Part shown: piece after piece, positions 1 through 12,886 of the stretch
How positions within the stretch are numbered: position 1 is the first letter of the stretch
Layout of the letters: every line of letters starts with the position of its first letter
Source of the DNA: Octopus sinensis
Taxonomy: Eukaryota
Assembly: GCF_006345805.1 (NCBI RefSeq)
Contig: NC_043025.1
Coordinates: 15,500,001 to 15,564,000 of the forward strand
Direction: 5' to 3'
DNA: 64,000 bases
Position numbers and translations under genes: made by a program
Notes under the pieces: generated by a model
The model's input: only the letters and a program-made list of their open reading frames with translations
Database searches by the model: none
What the model was told of the DNA's origin: nothing

Positions 1-79
1 AGTGGGACTGAACCTGGAACCATGTGGTTGGGAAGCAAGCTACTTACCACACAGCCACTCCTACACCTATACTTGTTTA

Positions 80-1325
80 CTTTCAATTACAAGAGTCACT
101 TGGGACTTAGGAAAGGAAAACTTTATTTTACTCAAATTATGAGACAAAAAAAGTTTGAAAACAAGCATGGAATTCTAGGACAAAGTTATTAAAATCCTTT
201 GGATTGGCAAAAAATCATACAGAAAGCCTTACTATAAAGACATTGTTTTGTATAACAAATTCACCAACATCACCTTAAAGCTACCTCTTGTAAAAGACCT
301 GCTCAACTCTTGGTCTGTCTTGTCTATCTCAAGAAATACACGGGGCATATTTCCCTGGCATCCATGCACCATACTACACAGTCCTTATTTTTATCTTAAT
401 CACCAGAGTGACTTGGAACTTATGAAAAGAAAACTTTGTTTTACTCAGAACGTATGAAAACAAGAGATAACAAAATCTCTGCAAACAAGAATGGATGTTT
501 AGGACAGACTTATGAAAAGGCTTTGGACAGCCAAACGGTGGATGTCACACAGTTTCGCCACCTTGAGCATAATCCTATGAAACCAGAAAATTTAAAACAG
601 AGGGTTACCTACTTGCAAACAACTGTGGTAACATGTAACATTATTGACCAAGGTTACCGTGGTTTTTTCCGTAGGCTGTTCTTCCCATGGATAAACCTTA
701 TCTGCTTCCCCTTTTACACTTTACATCATGACATTTCTGTGATACACGATCCCTATTGATCGTTTTTTTCTTCTTTTTTTCTTTCTTTTTCTTTCCCCCC
801 TTTTTCTCTTTCCCTTTCACGATCCCTTTTGATCGAAAACCTACCCCACCTTTTTCTTTTCTTTTTCTCTCCCAAAAAAGAAAAGCTCTACTTTGTAATC
901 TGTCCTGTCTGTGTTCAGCCCTGTGTGGCCAATAAAGAAACACATTTTGTATAACAAATTCACCAAAGTCACACTAAAGCTGTCTCTTCTAACAGAACTG
1001 CTTATCCCTTTGGCCTGTCTTGTGTGTCACATAGGATACTCGGGACATATTTCCCTCGCACCCATGCAACATATAAGATAGACATTGCCAATTTTTTATT
1101 TTAATCCCCAGAGTAACTTGGGACTTATGAAAAGAAAGCTTTATCTTAAGTGAGAACATGTGGAAGAATGAAGCATGGATGTAGAGGAGAGACTTGTGAA
1201 AATGCTTTGGACAGGCATGGCGTTAATGCCACAGAATGAGCCACCATGAAGACACATTTTGTATTACATAAATTCAAAGTCACACCAAAAACTGTCTCTT
1301 CTAACAGAACTGCTTAACACTTTCC
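80..1325. repeat. Degenerate ~330-bp tandem repeat of unknown family (cluster A), interrupted by a LINE 3' UTR
   Basis: Blocks such as 'GAGTAACTTGGGACTTATGAAAAGAAAG', 'CATGGATGTTTAGGACAGACTTATGAAAA..GCTTTGGACAG' and 'CACATTTTGTATAACAAA..CTGTCTCTTCTAACAGAACTGC' recur at ~80, ~410, ~940 and ~1110. Confidence 0.7.
655..942 (+). mobile_element. Tx1/L1-like LINE 3' UTR remnant
   Basis: Start resembles the 3' UTR following the Tx1-like ORF2 end at 5371-5720. Ends 'GCCCTGTGTGGCCAATAAAGAAA'. A second copy of the tail lies at ~44570-44680. Confidence 0.5.
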
Positions 1326-1729
1326 CTCTCCTGTGGGGTCTGGTGTTTATGGGGCTGAGGATCACAGTATTAGGCAGTATAGTCTGAGATACACTCAGCC
1401 ACAAAAGCTTTCTGGTACAGATCTGCTTGATCAGGGCTGACCGAGGGCTAAACAACAACACCGGAGATGAAATGAAAATATGCAGATGAAGGGTGTGTAC
1501 GATGACAATGACGTTAATAACGATCTCATTGACGAGGAATTTGCCATCTCAGACAACAAAATTTCCAACGACGCTCCCCTCCACCCGAGTACTTGATTGG
1601 GGCTCTATTTTATTGACCTTGAAAGGATGAAAGGCAAAGGTGACCTTGGTTGGAATTGAGCTCAGAACAAAAAGAGCCGGAAGGAGTGCCACAAATCACT
1701 TTGACATGTCAACAATTCTGCCAGCTCAC

Positions 1730-2073
1730 ATCATCATTATCATTGTTTAACGTCTGCTTTCCATGCTAGCATGGGTTGGATAATTTTGAGGATTGGTGAA
1801 CCAGATGGCTGCACCAGGCTCCAATCTTGATCTGGCAGAGTTTCTACAGCTGGATGCCCTTCCTAATGCCAACCACTCCGAGAGTGTAGTGGGTGCTTTT
1901 ACGTGCCACCGGCACGGGCGTCAGTCAGGCGGTACTGGCAACGACCTCGCTCGAATCTTTTTACACGTGCCAGTGAAGCGACGTTGGTAACGATCACGCT
2001 CGAATGGTGCCCTTTTACGTGCCATGGGTACGGAAGCCAGTTGGCTGCTCTGGCAACGATCACGCTCAGATGG
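1730..2073. mobile_element. RTE-tailed short element (CATn + 'GTTTAACGTCTGCTTTCCATGCTAGCATGGGTTGG') with internal minisatellite
   Basis: Same family at 57375-57905, 59716-59996, 46385-46835 and 48203-48450. Confidence 0.7.
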
Positions 2074-2460
2074 CTGCGATAATGGTGATGATGATGGTGG
2101 TGGCGGTGGTAGTTGTAGTAGGTGCTGGTGAAGGTAGTGGTGATAGTGGTGGTGGTGGTGATGACGGTAGTGGTGGTGGGAGCAACAGTGGTTGTCATTA
2201 ATGTTAAGTCCAATCTTGTTAATACTGTGGACAAATTGGTCAAGTGCCTGTATGGAGAGGGGGAGGGAGGGGGTACCCAGAGGAAGTGCCTGATGTTTCC
2301 TGCCCACCCACCCTCAAATGTCATTCCACCCATAAAATAATATTTACTCATATCAGCAGAGCCATGCAGTGAGACTAAATATAGTTGCATGATCTGCCAG
2401 AAATAGTAACTGAATCTCCCTCAAGTCACACCCTGTTGGGGATTTTTTAAATAAAAACAC

Positions 2461-2890
2461 ATAGGCATAGGACTGGCTGTGTGGTAAGTTGCTTGCTTAC
2501 GGGCCACATAGTTCCGGGTTCAGTCCCACTGCGTGGCACCTTGGGCAAGTGTCTTCTGCTATAGCATCGGGCCGACCAAAGCCTTGTGAGTGGATTTGGG
2601 AGACGGAAACTTTAAGAAGCCCGTCGTATATATGTATATATATATATAATATATATATATATATATGTATGTGTGTGTATATGTTTGTGTCTTTGTTTGT
2701 CCCCTAGCATTGCTTGACAACCGATGGTGGTGTGTTTATGTCCCCGTAACTTAGCGGTTCGGCAAACGAGACTGATAGAATAAGTACTGGGCTTACAAAG
2801 AATAAGTCCTCGGGTCGATTTGGTCGACTAAAGGCGGTGCTCCAGCATGGCCGCGGTCAAATGACTGAAACAAGTAAAAGAGTAAAAGAG
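2461..2890 (+). mobile_element. tRNA-derived CORE-like SINE (family 1), full length
   Basis: tRNA-like head 'GGCTGTGTGGTAAG..GGTTCAGTCCC', core 'GTGGCACCTTGGGCAAGTG', central (TA)n/(TG)n tract, tail 'GACTGAAACAAGTAAAAGAG'. Confidence 0.9.
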
Positions 2891-3800
2891 TATAATGTTG
2901 TCCTAGATATGGTATGACAAAATTAAGACAGGATGGTCATAGCTGGAACATCTTTGATTGTAAGTCAACTGGATCAAGACTGACATGGGACTAAACAACA
3001 AGGATGGAACATGTTTGATCAGAGGTCATAGGACTAACCTAGGGTTAAATAACAGCAATAAAGAACACATCAGATAATGTAGTCCTAGATACACTATGTC
3101 TGAATGAAAGACAAGATAGCCATGGCTACAACATCTCTGATCATAGGTCTACAGGATGAGACTGACCTGGGGTTAAACAGAAAAAGCAGCTAAATTTTGA
3201 AATGAGACGGGTGACAGTGGTTATTGCTGTTATTTAGCATCAGGTCAACTGTTTCCATATGAGCTCCATCCACGGCCATCCTGCCTTTTCACAGCAGGAT
3301 GTAATGGAGTTCTTCCTACTTTTGAGATGCTAGAGCAATTTGACAGCTATTTCTAGCAGCTTTGTGTTGGTTTAACCACTTGTGAGTCCTGATTGAAGAG
3401 ATTTAACAAGAAAATAATTCCAACCATACCAATCCCTTCATATTCTCAGGCACACTACTGTCAACCTAGTATGATACTACTTGCTTTGAGAGACTTGGCT
3501 ATTATTTCTAGCAGGTCTATCTACCATGAAGAGGTCTCCCTCATTGGCTCATACACACGTGTATACATACATAAGACAGTAGGGTGTAATTTGAAGGAAA
3601 TTTGGCTGTTATTTCTGGCAGACCAAGTAGAAATTTGCAAAGCAAAAGGAGAGCATATTACTAGTGCCTATCCCACAGATGACCACCACATCTATCCTCA
3701 TCACCACCTCCACCACCAATCTTATGCCCTCCTCATCCTGTGTCATGAGTCACGAAGAGATATAAAAGGGTGGAGTGTACCAACCCAACTAACATGAATG

Positions 3801-3845
<45 letters not shown>

Positions 3846-4273
3846 CACACACACATGCTGAACTGGTAATAACAACTTTGGACAGAATATCCTTACAGGG
3901 ATCCATAAACCCTAGCCAGAAAAACCCCTACAGTCTAAGGACCAATCTAATGACAATGGGACTGGTGGAATTGTCAGAATAGGGGACCACATGTGTTATG
4001 GTATTGATTCAAGCTCCTTGTAGTCTGAGTTCAAATCCTGCCATGGCCTTCCAGAGTGGGAACCTCAACCCATCACCTGGGAAGCATTTGGGTGACATTT
4101 TGTTTGAGGGTACCTTCTCCCTTCCTCTCACTAGCTAGAAGGTCCCATAAAGGGTCACAAACACTGCTGTCCTTATTGATTGACCGTTAACATACTTATA
4201 CTGAAATATACTTTATTTTAATTAGTGTGGAAAATAACGAAGAATGTAGTAAAATAACTTAGTTATCATTAAG

Positions 4274-4697
4274 ATAGGCGCAGGAGTGGCTGTGTGGTAA
4301 GTAGCTTGCTTACCAACCACATGGTTCCGGGTTCAGTCCCACTGTGTGGCATCTTGGGCAAGTGCCTTCTGCTATAGCCTCGGGTCGACCAATGCCTTGT
4401 GAGTGGATTTGATAGACGGAAACTGAAAGAAGCCTGTTGTATATACGTATATATATATATATATATGTATGTGTATGTGTGTGTGTTTGTGTGTCTGTGT
4501 TTGTCCCCCTAGCATTGCTTGACAACTGATGCTGGTGTGTTTATGTCCCCCCGTTACATAGTGGTTTGGCAAAAGAGACCGATAGAATAAGTACTGGGCT
4601 TACAAAGAATAAGTCCCGGGGTCGATTTGCTCGACTAAAGGCGGTGCTCCAGCATGGCCGCAGTCAAATGACTGAAACAAGTAAAAGAGTCAAAGAA
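4274..4697 (+). mobile_element. SINE family 1, full length
   Basis: High identity to 2461-2890. Confidence 0.9.
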
Positions 4698-5370
4698 TAG
4701 TGTTAGGAACATAAATAGTGACTTAAGTTTGGTGGAAGATTTTCATTCAGAACTTTTGAAAACAAGACATTTGTACTAAGGAGCCAGAGACGGTTTCAGC
4801 CAGGTTGGTATCAAAAGGGTTAAAACAGTGACAACATGATTTGATGGTTAGGGTGTTACACTCCCAATTGTCAGATGGTGGGTTTGAATTCTGGACTAGG
4901 CAACATTTGGCTTCCTTGAGTAAAATACTTTATATCCCGTTGTATAGAGACCGGCCTGCTGAAGAATGGACCCAATGTTCCTTCTGCATGTCACAAGAGG
5001 CAACAAAAAGGGGTTGAGGAGGGATTTGCACTCTGACCTCGTAAAACCCTCACTAGCAACCATGACACAAACAGACCAGGGGGTTAGAAGGTTGTTGACA
5101 AAGTGGTACAAAGAATCATGGGTGCAGCAATGTGCTGTTGCATCGCATGCCCTCATAATAACAAAACAACAACAAAAAAAAAACAACTTTAAAACGGAGA
5201 GTTTGTATCACAGAACCAGAGCCAGTCTCAGAGGGTATCAAAAGGGTTAAGACAAACATGGAGCGTTCTAAAAGATGATCCACGTGAGAAGGGTATTTCT
5301 GTTGAAACACACTGTCTTCGTTGCAATTAATTTTGAGAATAATGAAGAGTTTTTACTAAAGTAACTGTCA

Positions 5371-5720
5371 GTGGCTGTAGCGAAAGAGGTGGTATGGTGG
5401 ACCCGTTTGAAAGGGGTCAGACACTTTCCTCTTTGGCTAAGGCCTCATCAACTTTTTCAAGTTTCACTTGAAAAGGAAGGTGAGAGTAGAGAGGGAAAGG
5501 CTGTCTGATGGCAAGTTTACTGAAAGGTGGGTGAATGTCGCAAGAATGGCCAGTATAAATGGACCAATTCTGAGGATACACCTGTGAGAATTAAAAGGAA
5601 ATATAAAAGGAGAAAGGGGCTCTCTACCCGCCCTTTAGACCAGGCTCCCGTGGCTTTTATGGGTTTTTCCATGAGTAACCTTTCGAAGCGCCTCCCCCGA
5701 TTGGGAGTTTTAATTGCTAT
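5371..5720 (+). pseudogene. Tx1/L1-clade LINE ORF2 C-terminus (frameshifted) plus 3' UTR
   Basis: Manual translation gives VAVAKEVVWWTRLKG../..GLINFFKFHLKRKVRVERERLSDGKFTERWVNVARMASINGPILRIHL* (stop 5585-5587), which resembles Tx1/L1 ORF2 ends. Confidence 0.65.
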
Positions 5721-6740
5721 ATTTTGCTTGACAACCGATGCTGGTGTGTTTACGTCCCCGTAACTTAGTGGTTCGGCAAAAGAGACCGACAGAATAAGTA
5801 CTAGGCTTACAAAGAATAAGTCCTGGGGTCAATTTGCTCGACTAAAAGCAGTGCTCCAGCATGGCTGCAGTCAAATGACTGAAACAAATAAAAGAATCAG
5901 CATTTTGCCCTGCACACTGAAGTTTCCACCAGAAGGAATCTCGCTTAGCATTTTGTCTGGTCTGCCAAGGATAAAAAGGGATTTCATGTGCCGGAAGGGC
6001 AACTGGTGATGGGAGTTTATCAGGACAATTTACAGAAAAATGCAAAGGAGGGAAGGAGAGTCACAGAATTCCTTATTAGAAGTGGGTGGCGGAAATGTAT
6101 GACAAGGGTATACAAAGGGACCTGAAGCGAGATCAATAGGGTGGGTGCAGCTATACAGGGGCCAAACAAGGATTCCCACACTTCTAGAAATCCTGATTAC
6201 TAAAGTCAAACTGCCACCCTTCACCCTACCACCCTCTCTCTCTCTCCCCTTTAATTGTCATTCCCTGCCTGACAATAGGAAGTCAGCAACAGGCAGGATG
6301 TGGGCCTTTGAGCTTTTCTCTGTAGGTCTTTCAACTTTTCCAAAATATTTATCTTTTTTTAAAGTTTTCTGTATTTGTGGTGCATTGAGCAAACTGATGG
6401 CATTTAAAGGGTCTTTTGTGTCATAACAGGATTCAGTATTTGCTAACATAAAAGTATTTTTAGTGATGGCAATGAGGAGGAGGGTAGGGCATTTGGGGAC
6501 CCCTTTTTTTTATATATGTAAGAGACGTGGGCAGAAAAGTATCACTGCATCTAAATTCTCAACTGAAATCTTCTGGGATCTCTCTCTGTTTTCGCAAGGA
6601 TCTGTTGAACACTTCATGTTCAACACACTTTGTCTCAGGACCCTTTAGATTCCTATTTTACTCAAATGGACCCTCCTAGCCATTCAACATTTCAAAAATC
6701 CTATTAGGTTTGAATAATTAAACATTTTTAGGAATTGTAT

Positions 6741-6945
6741 ATTCTTTTATTCTTTTACTCGTTTCAGTCATTTGACTGTGGCCATGCTGGAGCATCGCCT
6801 TTGGTCAGACAAATCAACTCCAGGACATTCGTTGTAAGCCTAGTACTTATTCTATCAATCTCTTTTGCCGAACTGCTAAGATACTGGGATATAAACACAC
6901 CAACAGCGGTTGTCAAGCAATGGTGGGGAAGACAAACATAGACAC

Positions 6946-6993
<48 letters not shown>

Positions 6994-7151
6994 ACAGGTT
7001 TCTTTCAGTTTCCATCAACCAATCCACTCACAAGGCTTTGGTTGGCCTGAAGCTACAGTAGAAGATACTTGCCCAAGGTTTCACTCAGTGAGACTGAACC
7101 TGGAACCATGTGGTTGAGAAGCAAGCTTCACAGAGCCACGCCTGCACCTAT
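6741..7151 (-). mobile_element. SINE family 1
   Basis: Reverse complement of the family consensus. Confidence 0.9.
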
Positions 7152-7260
7152 AAAATAATTATTAAAATAGTCTGTGTTTTGTAGCAGTATAACCAATTAC
7201 ACATGAATTATGTGGAACCCCTGTTGAGAACCTTTGGCTTTAAACACCACCAGATTTAAC

Positions 7261-7522
7261 CAGGGCTATGGAGTTGGAGTTGGAGAGTTGGAAACAATTA
7301 AGGGTAGCTGGAGTCAGGATCTGTAAAACTATACTGACTCTGACTCACAATATCTTTATTCTTTTTAATAAACCAGTTATAACATATGGGCCCCTTCAAA
7401 GTACAAGTGTATGCATGTGCTTTATGAGATATGTAGACCACAATCACTTGATTACATACAGGGGAGTCTGAGGTGCCAATAGTAGGGGAGTCAGAGTTTT
7501 TTGTTTTGACTCCACAGCCCTG
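7261..7522. mobile_element. hAT-like MITE, copy 1
   Basis: TIRs CAGGGCTATGGAGT / ACTCCACAGCCCTG; flanked by 8-mers GATTTAAC and GTTATTTC. Confidence 0.8.
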
Positions 7523-7949
7523 GTTATTTCTAACAGGTCTAGCTATCATGTAGAGGTCTCCCTCTTTGGCTCATATATACATACATAAGACAGTAGGGTG
7601 TAATTTGAGGGAGATTGGCTGCTATTTTTAATAGGTCTAGCTACCATGTAGAGGTCTCCCTCTTTGGCTCATACATACATATATACATACATAAGACAGT
7701 AGGGTGTAATTTGAGGGAGATTTGGCTGCTATTTCTACCAGGTCTAGCTACCATGTAGAGGTCTCCCTCATTGGCTCATACATACATATATACATACATA
7801 GGAGAGTAGGGTGTTGTTTGAGGGAGATTTGGCTGTTATTTCTACCAGGTCTAGCTGCCATGTAGAGGTCTCCCTCATTGGCTCATACATACATATATAC
7901 ATACATAGGAGAGTAGGGTGTGATTTGAGGGAGATTTAGATGTTATTTC
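7523..7949. repeat. Four tandem ~105-bp units
   Basis: Unit 'GYTATTTCTAMCAGGTCTAGCTACCATGTAGAGGTCTCCCTC..TTTGAGGGAGATTTGGCT'. Dispersed single units also at ~3495-3640 and ~25420-25560. Confidence 0.9.
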
Positions 7950-8193
7950 CAGGGCTGTGGAGTTGGAGTCAGAAATAATAGGTAGGTGGGAGTCTGTATA
8001 GTTTTACTGACTGACTCACAATATCTTTATTCTTTTTAATAAACCAGTTATAACATAAAGGCCCCTTCAAAGTACAAGTGTATGCATGTGCTTTATGAGA
8101 TATGTAGACCAGAATCCCTTAATTACATAAAAAGGAGCCAGAGGTGCCAATAGTAGGGGAGTCGGAGATTTTTGTTTTGACTCCACAGCCCTG
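7950..8193. mobile_element. hAT-like MITE, copy 2
   Basis: TIRs CAGGGCTGTGGAGT / ACTCCACAGCCCTG; flanked by GTTATTTC and GCTTTAAC. Confidence 0.8.
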
Positions 8194-9189
8194 GCTTTAA
8201 CTCCACACACTCAATTACGTTTCAGTGTCCATGTGTTTGCATATAATTTGCACTGAGTGACATCTGCAAATGTTGTTGGCATTTATAACGAAGCTGCAGC
8301 CAATTAGTGGCATCCGTTTGACCTTCCCTCTCAACAATTCATCCATAAGCCCAGTATTTTGGAATCCCTCTCAAATGAAAAATGGTTGGTGACAGCGAGA
8401 GCATCCAGCTGTAAAATCTAACCCCAGAAGACTCCCTTCTCACCCCATGCCAGCATGGAAACGAAAGGGGTTAAACGAATGACTGCTGCTGTGTTGTTTT
8501 TGTTCAGATGCCCTTTCTTACAGCAGGTGACATCAGGGACCCTTAGGGGACCCCATAAATAAAATGCCCAGGCACAGATCTACGTGTGAGGGCCAGTGGA
8601 ACTAACGTAATTCCATTTGAAAAGCAAGTAGGGGGTCAGCATTAGTAAGGGCATCAGGCTACAGAATACTGTTTCAATACTTTGCAACCAACCCATGTCA
8701 GCACAATGGTGGTGGTGGTCATGGTAATGACAGTGACGATGATTATGGTGATGGCAATGATGGTGTGATGGTGATGATTGTGGTAGTGATGATGATGATG
8801 ATGATGGCAAGGAGAAGGATGATGACAGCGATGGAGGGGAAGTGGTAGTGATGATGATGATTGACTGAAGGGATTGGAAACAAACACCACAAGACATTCT
8901 ACCAAACGCTAACGACTGCTAATTAGCTACCTTCATCTAACTCATTCCAGTATGGAAAAAAAAAAGACAAAACGACACGATGATGATGGTGATGATTGTG
9001 GTAGTGATGATGATGATGATGATGGCAAGGAGAAGGATGATGACAGCGATGGAGGGGAAGTGGTAGTGATGATGATGATGATGATTATCTGGTTTTCCTA
9101 ATTCTACCATTCTAAGAATTGATTAATCACAGAATATATTGGAAATAATTATTGAAGAATGAAAGGAATTTCAGATATTTAAATCAAAT

Positions 9190-9680
9190 AACCCCACCCA
9201 CCCCCACACACCAGTACCAAAACAAGCATGCATATATACATACACACACATATATATACATACATATATGTACACATACATGTACACATACACATATATA
9301 CATACATATGTACACATACACATTATATATACATACATACACATACATACATGTACACATATATACATACAGGTACACATACACACATACATGTACACAT
9401 ACATGTACTACACATACATACATATACATACATGTACACATACATATATATGCACCCACTCATGTATACACACACGTTGAATATACCTCTCTCTCTATAT
9501 ATATATGTCCGACATACACACAACAACATGGAATTTATGTCAAATAACATTTATACTTATAAACCTGAGCTCAAACACACACACTAACACCTACACAATA
9601 TTCATACACAGAATTCAAATCTAATTTACACACACACATATCCCTACACACACACAACATATATACATACAAGTAATTTA
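9190..9680. repeat. Compound (CA/TA/CATA)n microsatellite
   Basis: Direct inspection; the H/T/Y/I-rich ORFs here are artefacts of the repeat. Confidence 0.95.
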
Positions 9681-10157
9681 AATGAAATAATAATTATACA
9701 CACACACTTTATTATTTACTGTTAATGAAAGGAGAAAAGGGACCAGAACCCCTAAACCTTTTATAGGTTCCATAACACTGGTAGAAAGATGATAGGAAGT
9801 TGTCTTCAAACAGCAGAGCTGCTTTTTCCCTCTTATTTGTTGGTATCCCTTAAAGGTCAGGCATGAAAGGGCAACACCTGTGACCCTTTATATTTTCAGG
9901 GTCTCACACACTTAGGAAGAAAGGATATAATCCAATATTGGTGTCAAGTCTTTAGCATTTAAACTAGCCAGGTCCAGCCTCTCACACTTACCCAACAAAG
10001 CCATTCTCAAAATAATCCCATCATTGAAATCTCAAAGCTTTGAGGTAATCCAGGATTAATTCAAAACAATGTGGATAAATAAGGATTACATTTGAGGGAG
10101 TAATATAACAATTAAAGGGTTAACCTTTAGCATTTAAAAGGGCCACATCTAGCTGAA

Positions 10158-10480
10158 GTGAAGGCACATGGGTCAGTGGTTAGAGGATTGAGATCACTAT
10201 CAGGAGGTGGTTCAATCCCCAGACCGGGCTCTGTGTTGTGTCCTTCGGCAAGACACTTTATTTCACGTTGCTCCAGTTCACTCAGCTGTAGAAATGAGTT
10301 GAAATGTCACTGGTACCAAGTTGTTTTGGCCCCTTTGCTTTTCCCTTGGACAACATCAGTGGCAGGGAGAGGGGTGGGGGTGGTATGCATCGAGGATTGA
10401 TTGGTCTTCCATAAGCCACCATACCCAGGCTTGTGCCTCGGAGGAGAACTTTCTAGGTGCAATCCCATGGACATTCATGA
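10158..10480 (+). mobile_element. tRNA-derived SINE family 4
   Basis: Head 'TGGGTCAGTGGTTAGAG..GGTTCAATCCC', body 'CAAGACACTTTATTTCACGTTGCTCCAGTTCACTCAGCTG'. Relatives at 12940-13265(+), 22670-22872(-) and 42560-42762(-). Confidence 0.7.
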
Positions 10481-10767
10481 CTGAAGGGGGTTCTTTATCC
10501 TTTACATGTTCCATGAATACACCAGAAATAGAACCCCTTGAATGCTTGAAGGGAAGAGGTCGGGGAGGGAGGGGGGGTCTTTACCCTTTTACCTAGCTGA
10601 AATATTTTGCATGTTTTATGTTCAAAACTGGCCAGATCCAACCTCTCAAACCTACCCTACAATATCATTTTAAAAATAAATACACACACAGTTGATGGGC
10701 TTCTTTCAGTTTCTGACTACCAAATCCCCTCACAAGGCTTTAATTAGCCAGGACCTAAAGTGACATG

Positions 10768-11126
10768 TTCAGAAAGAAGCTATGCCTGGCCACTTACAAA
10801 GAACTACTCAAAAGCAGATGAAACCCAGCACATATATTTTGTTGCCCTGATACTTAGGGATCAAACATGATACCTTACAACATACCTATGTCTCATGGTC
10901 TACCCAGTCACCTTCCCATCTGCCTCTCCCTAAACCTCTTCTCCTTCCTCCCCTAATTATCTAGTCCTGACCATCCTCCAAAGCTCTTTCCTTATGAATG
11001 TTTATGGGTGTGTGTATGTGTATTACTATACAGCTGTAATGCCAAGAATGGCTATACACTTATACATACATACAGGAATATATACACACACAATGTAACT
11101 AAAATTAGTTAAGTTGGTATGCAGTG
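10768..11126 (+). repeat. 359-bp direct repeat, copy 1
   Basis: Near-identical to 21027-21385. Confidence 0.95.
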
Positions 11127-11219
11127 TGTATAATACATGTATGTAATGTACTTATAGCCTTGGGTCAACCAAAGCCTTGTCAGTGGATTTGATAGAAGGA
11201 AACTGAAAGAAGCCCATCA

Positions 11220-11257
<38 letters not shown>

Positions 11258-11382
11258 AGAAAAATGAGAGAACAGAGATCAATCAATTAATAATTATATT
11301 TATTAATTGCAAAGAACAGGCATAAGCCGTTAATGAGGCATATTTAACCACTAACTGAACTATTTATATATTTCTTTATTAC

Positions 11383-11580
11383 CCACAAGGGGCTAAACAT
11401 AGAGGGGACAAACAAGGACAGACAAAGGGATTAAGTCAATTACATCGACCCCAGTGTGAAACTGGTACTTTATTTATCGACCCCGAAAGGATGAAAGGCA
11501 AAGTCGACCTCGGCGGAATTTGAACTCAGAATGTAAGCATTTCGCCTGGCGTGCTAACGTTTCTGCCAGCTCACCGCCTT
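11383..11580 (-). mobile_element. tRNA-derived SINE family 2
   Basis: Contains 'GAGTTCAAATTCCGCCGAGGTCGACTTTGCCTTTCATCCTTTCGGGGTCGATAAA' on the minus strand. Confidence 0.85.
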
Positions 11581-12140
11581 CTAACTGTGCTATATATATA
11601 ATACCAGGCTTCACAAAAAAAAAAAGAAGTAATAAGTGCTGACGTTGATTACTTTTTCTGAAATCGTCCAAGGTGGTGCCCCAGCATGGCCACTGTCTAT
11701 TGACTGAAACAAGTTGATGAAAAGAAAGGGAAATAACTGAAATAGGCCAATGGCATGAAGACACTTAAAATAAGTGAGAGGCTGATGAAGGGAGAGGCTG
11801 ATGGGGGAAGAGGATGAACAGATCTCCTCCTCAATGAGCTGGAATTTCCTCAATGGAAGAAAGAAGAAGAAGAAGATTAGACTCGTTAACAGAATTACTG
11901 AAATGCTTTGGTTTTAGTTCGTTAACTAAGACGGAAATGTTAACGTCAGTCAGTACATCACGACACTTACTGGTTTATGCGGATACACTGGCAGTGGGTG
12001 CGTGCGTGTTTGCCTATATGTGTGCATGCGTGTGGGAGTGTTTGTGTCTGTGTGTGAGTGCACATGCGTATGTGTGTGTATTTGTGTATGTGTTGGAAAG
12101 CGTGTTTGCATGTGTGCGTGTGTTTACACGCGCATGTGGC

Positions 12141-12485
12141 TATCTTATGTTTCATTCATTAGACTGCAGCCCATGCTGGAGCACCACTTTGTAAACTTTT
12201 AGCTGAATGAATCCACTCAACTACTTATTCCATCAGTCTCTTTTTACCAAACTGCTAAGTTACGGAGGTGTAAACAGACAACATCGGTTATCAAGCAGTA
12301 CTGGGGGACAAACACAAACATAGATGTGTATGACGGGCTTCTTTCAGTTTCCGTCTACCAAATCCACTCACAAGGCTTTGGTCGGCCCGAGGCTATAGCA
12401 GAAGACACTTGCCCAATGTGCCATGCAGTGGCACCGACCCCAGAACCATGAGGTTGGTAAGCAAGCTACTTACCACACAGCCATG
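12141..12485 (-). mobile_element. SINE family 1
   Basis: Reverse complement of the family consensus. Confidence 0.85.
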
Positions 12486-12583
12486 ACTATTACTGCACTA
12501 CACATGTTCACACACAAATGCCACACACATTTGGCTTTATTACACATTAAACACAACCATCAATAACACACACACACACACAC

Positions 12584-12886
12584 GGAGGCGTAATGGCCTA
12601 GTGGTTAGGGCAGTGGACTCGCGGTCGTAGGATCGCGGTTTCGATTCTCAAACCGGGTGTTGCGAGTGTTTATTGAGCGAAAACACCTAAAAGCTCCACG
12701 AGTTTCCGGCAGTGGGTGGTGGCCATCCCTGCTGTACTCTTTCACCACAACTTTCTCTCACTCTTTCTTCTATTGGCCTGCTCGCTTAGCCAGCGGGGTG
12801 GCATCATTTGAAGGCTAAAACAATGCGAAGCGCATTGTGACCAGTGATGTGTAGCAACATCTGATAGCCTGGTCGGTCACGGTGAT
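12584..12886 (+). mobile_element. tRNA-derived SINE family 3
   Basis: A box TGGCCTAGTGG, B-box-like GTTTCGATTC, tail 'GCAACATCTGATAGCCTGGTCGGTCACGGTGAT'. Second copy at 26193-26494(-). Confidence 0.85.

Noticed and set aside
4310-4572. Recurrent 'MSSNARGTNTDTQTH..' and 'MLGGQTQTHK..' ORFs that look like a gene family
   Set aside because: Incidental frames of SINE family 1.
12584-12660. tRNA gene
   Set aside because: A and B boxes are present but the acceptor stem does not close and the sequence continues into a SINE body.
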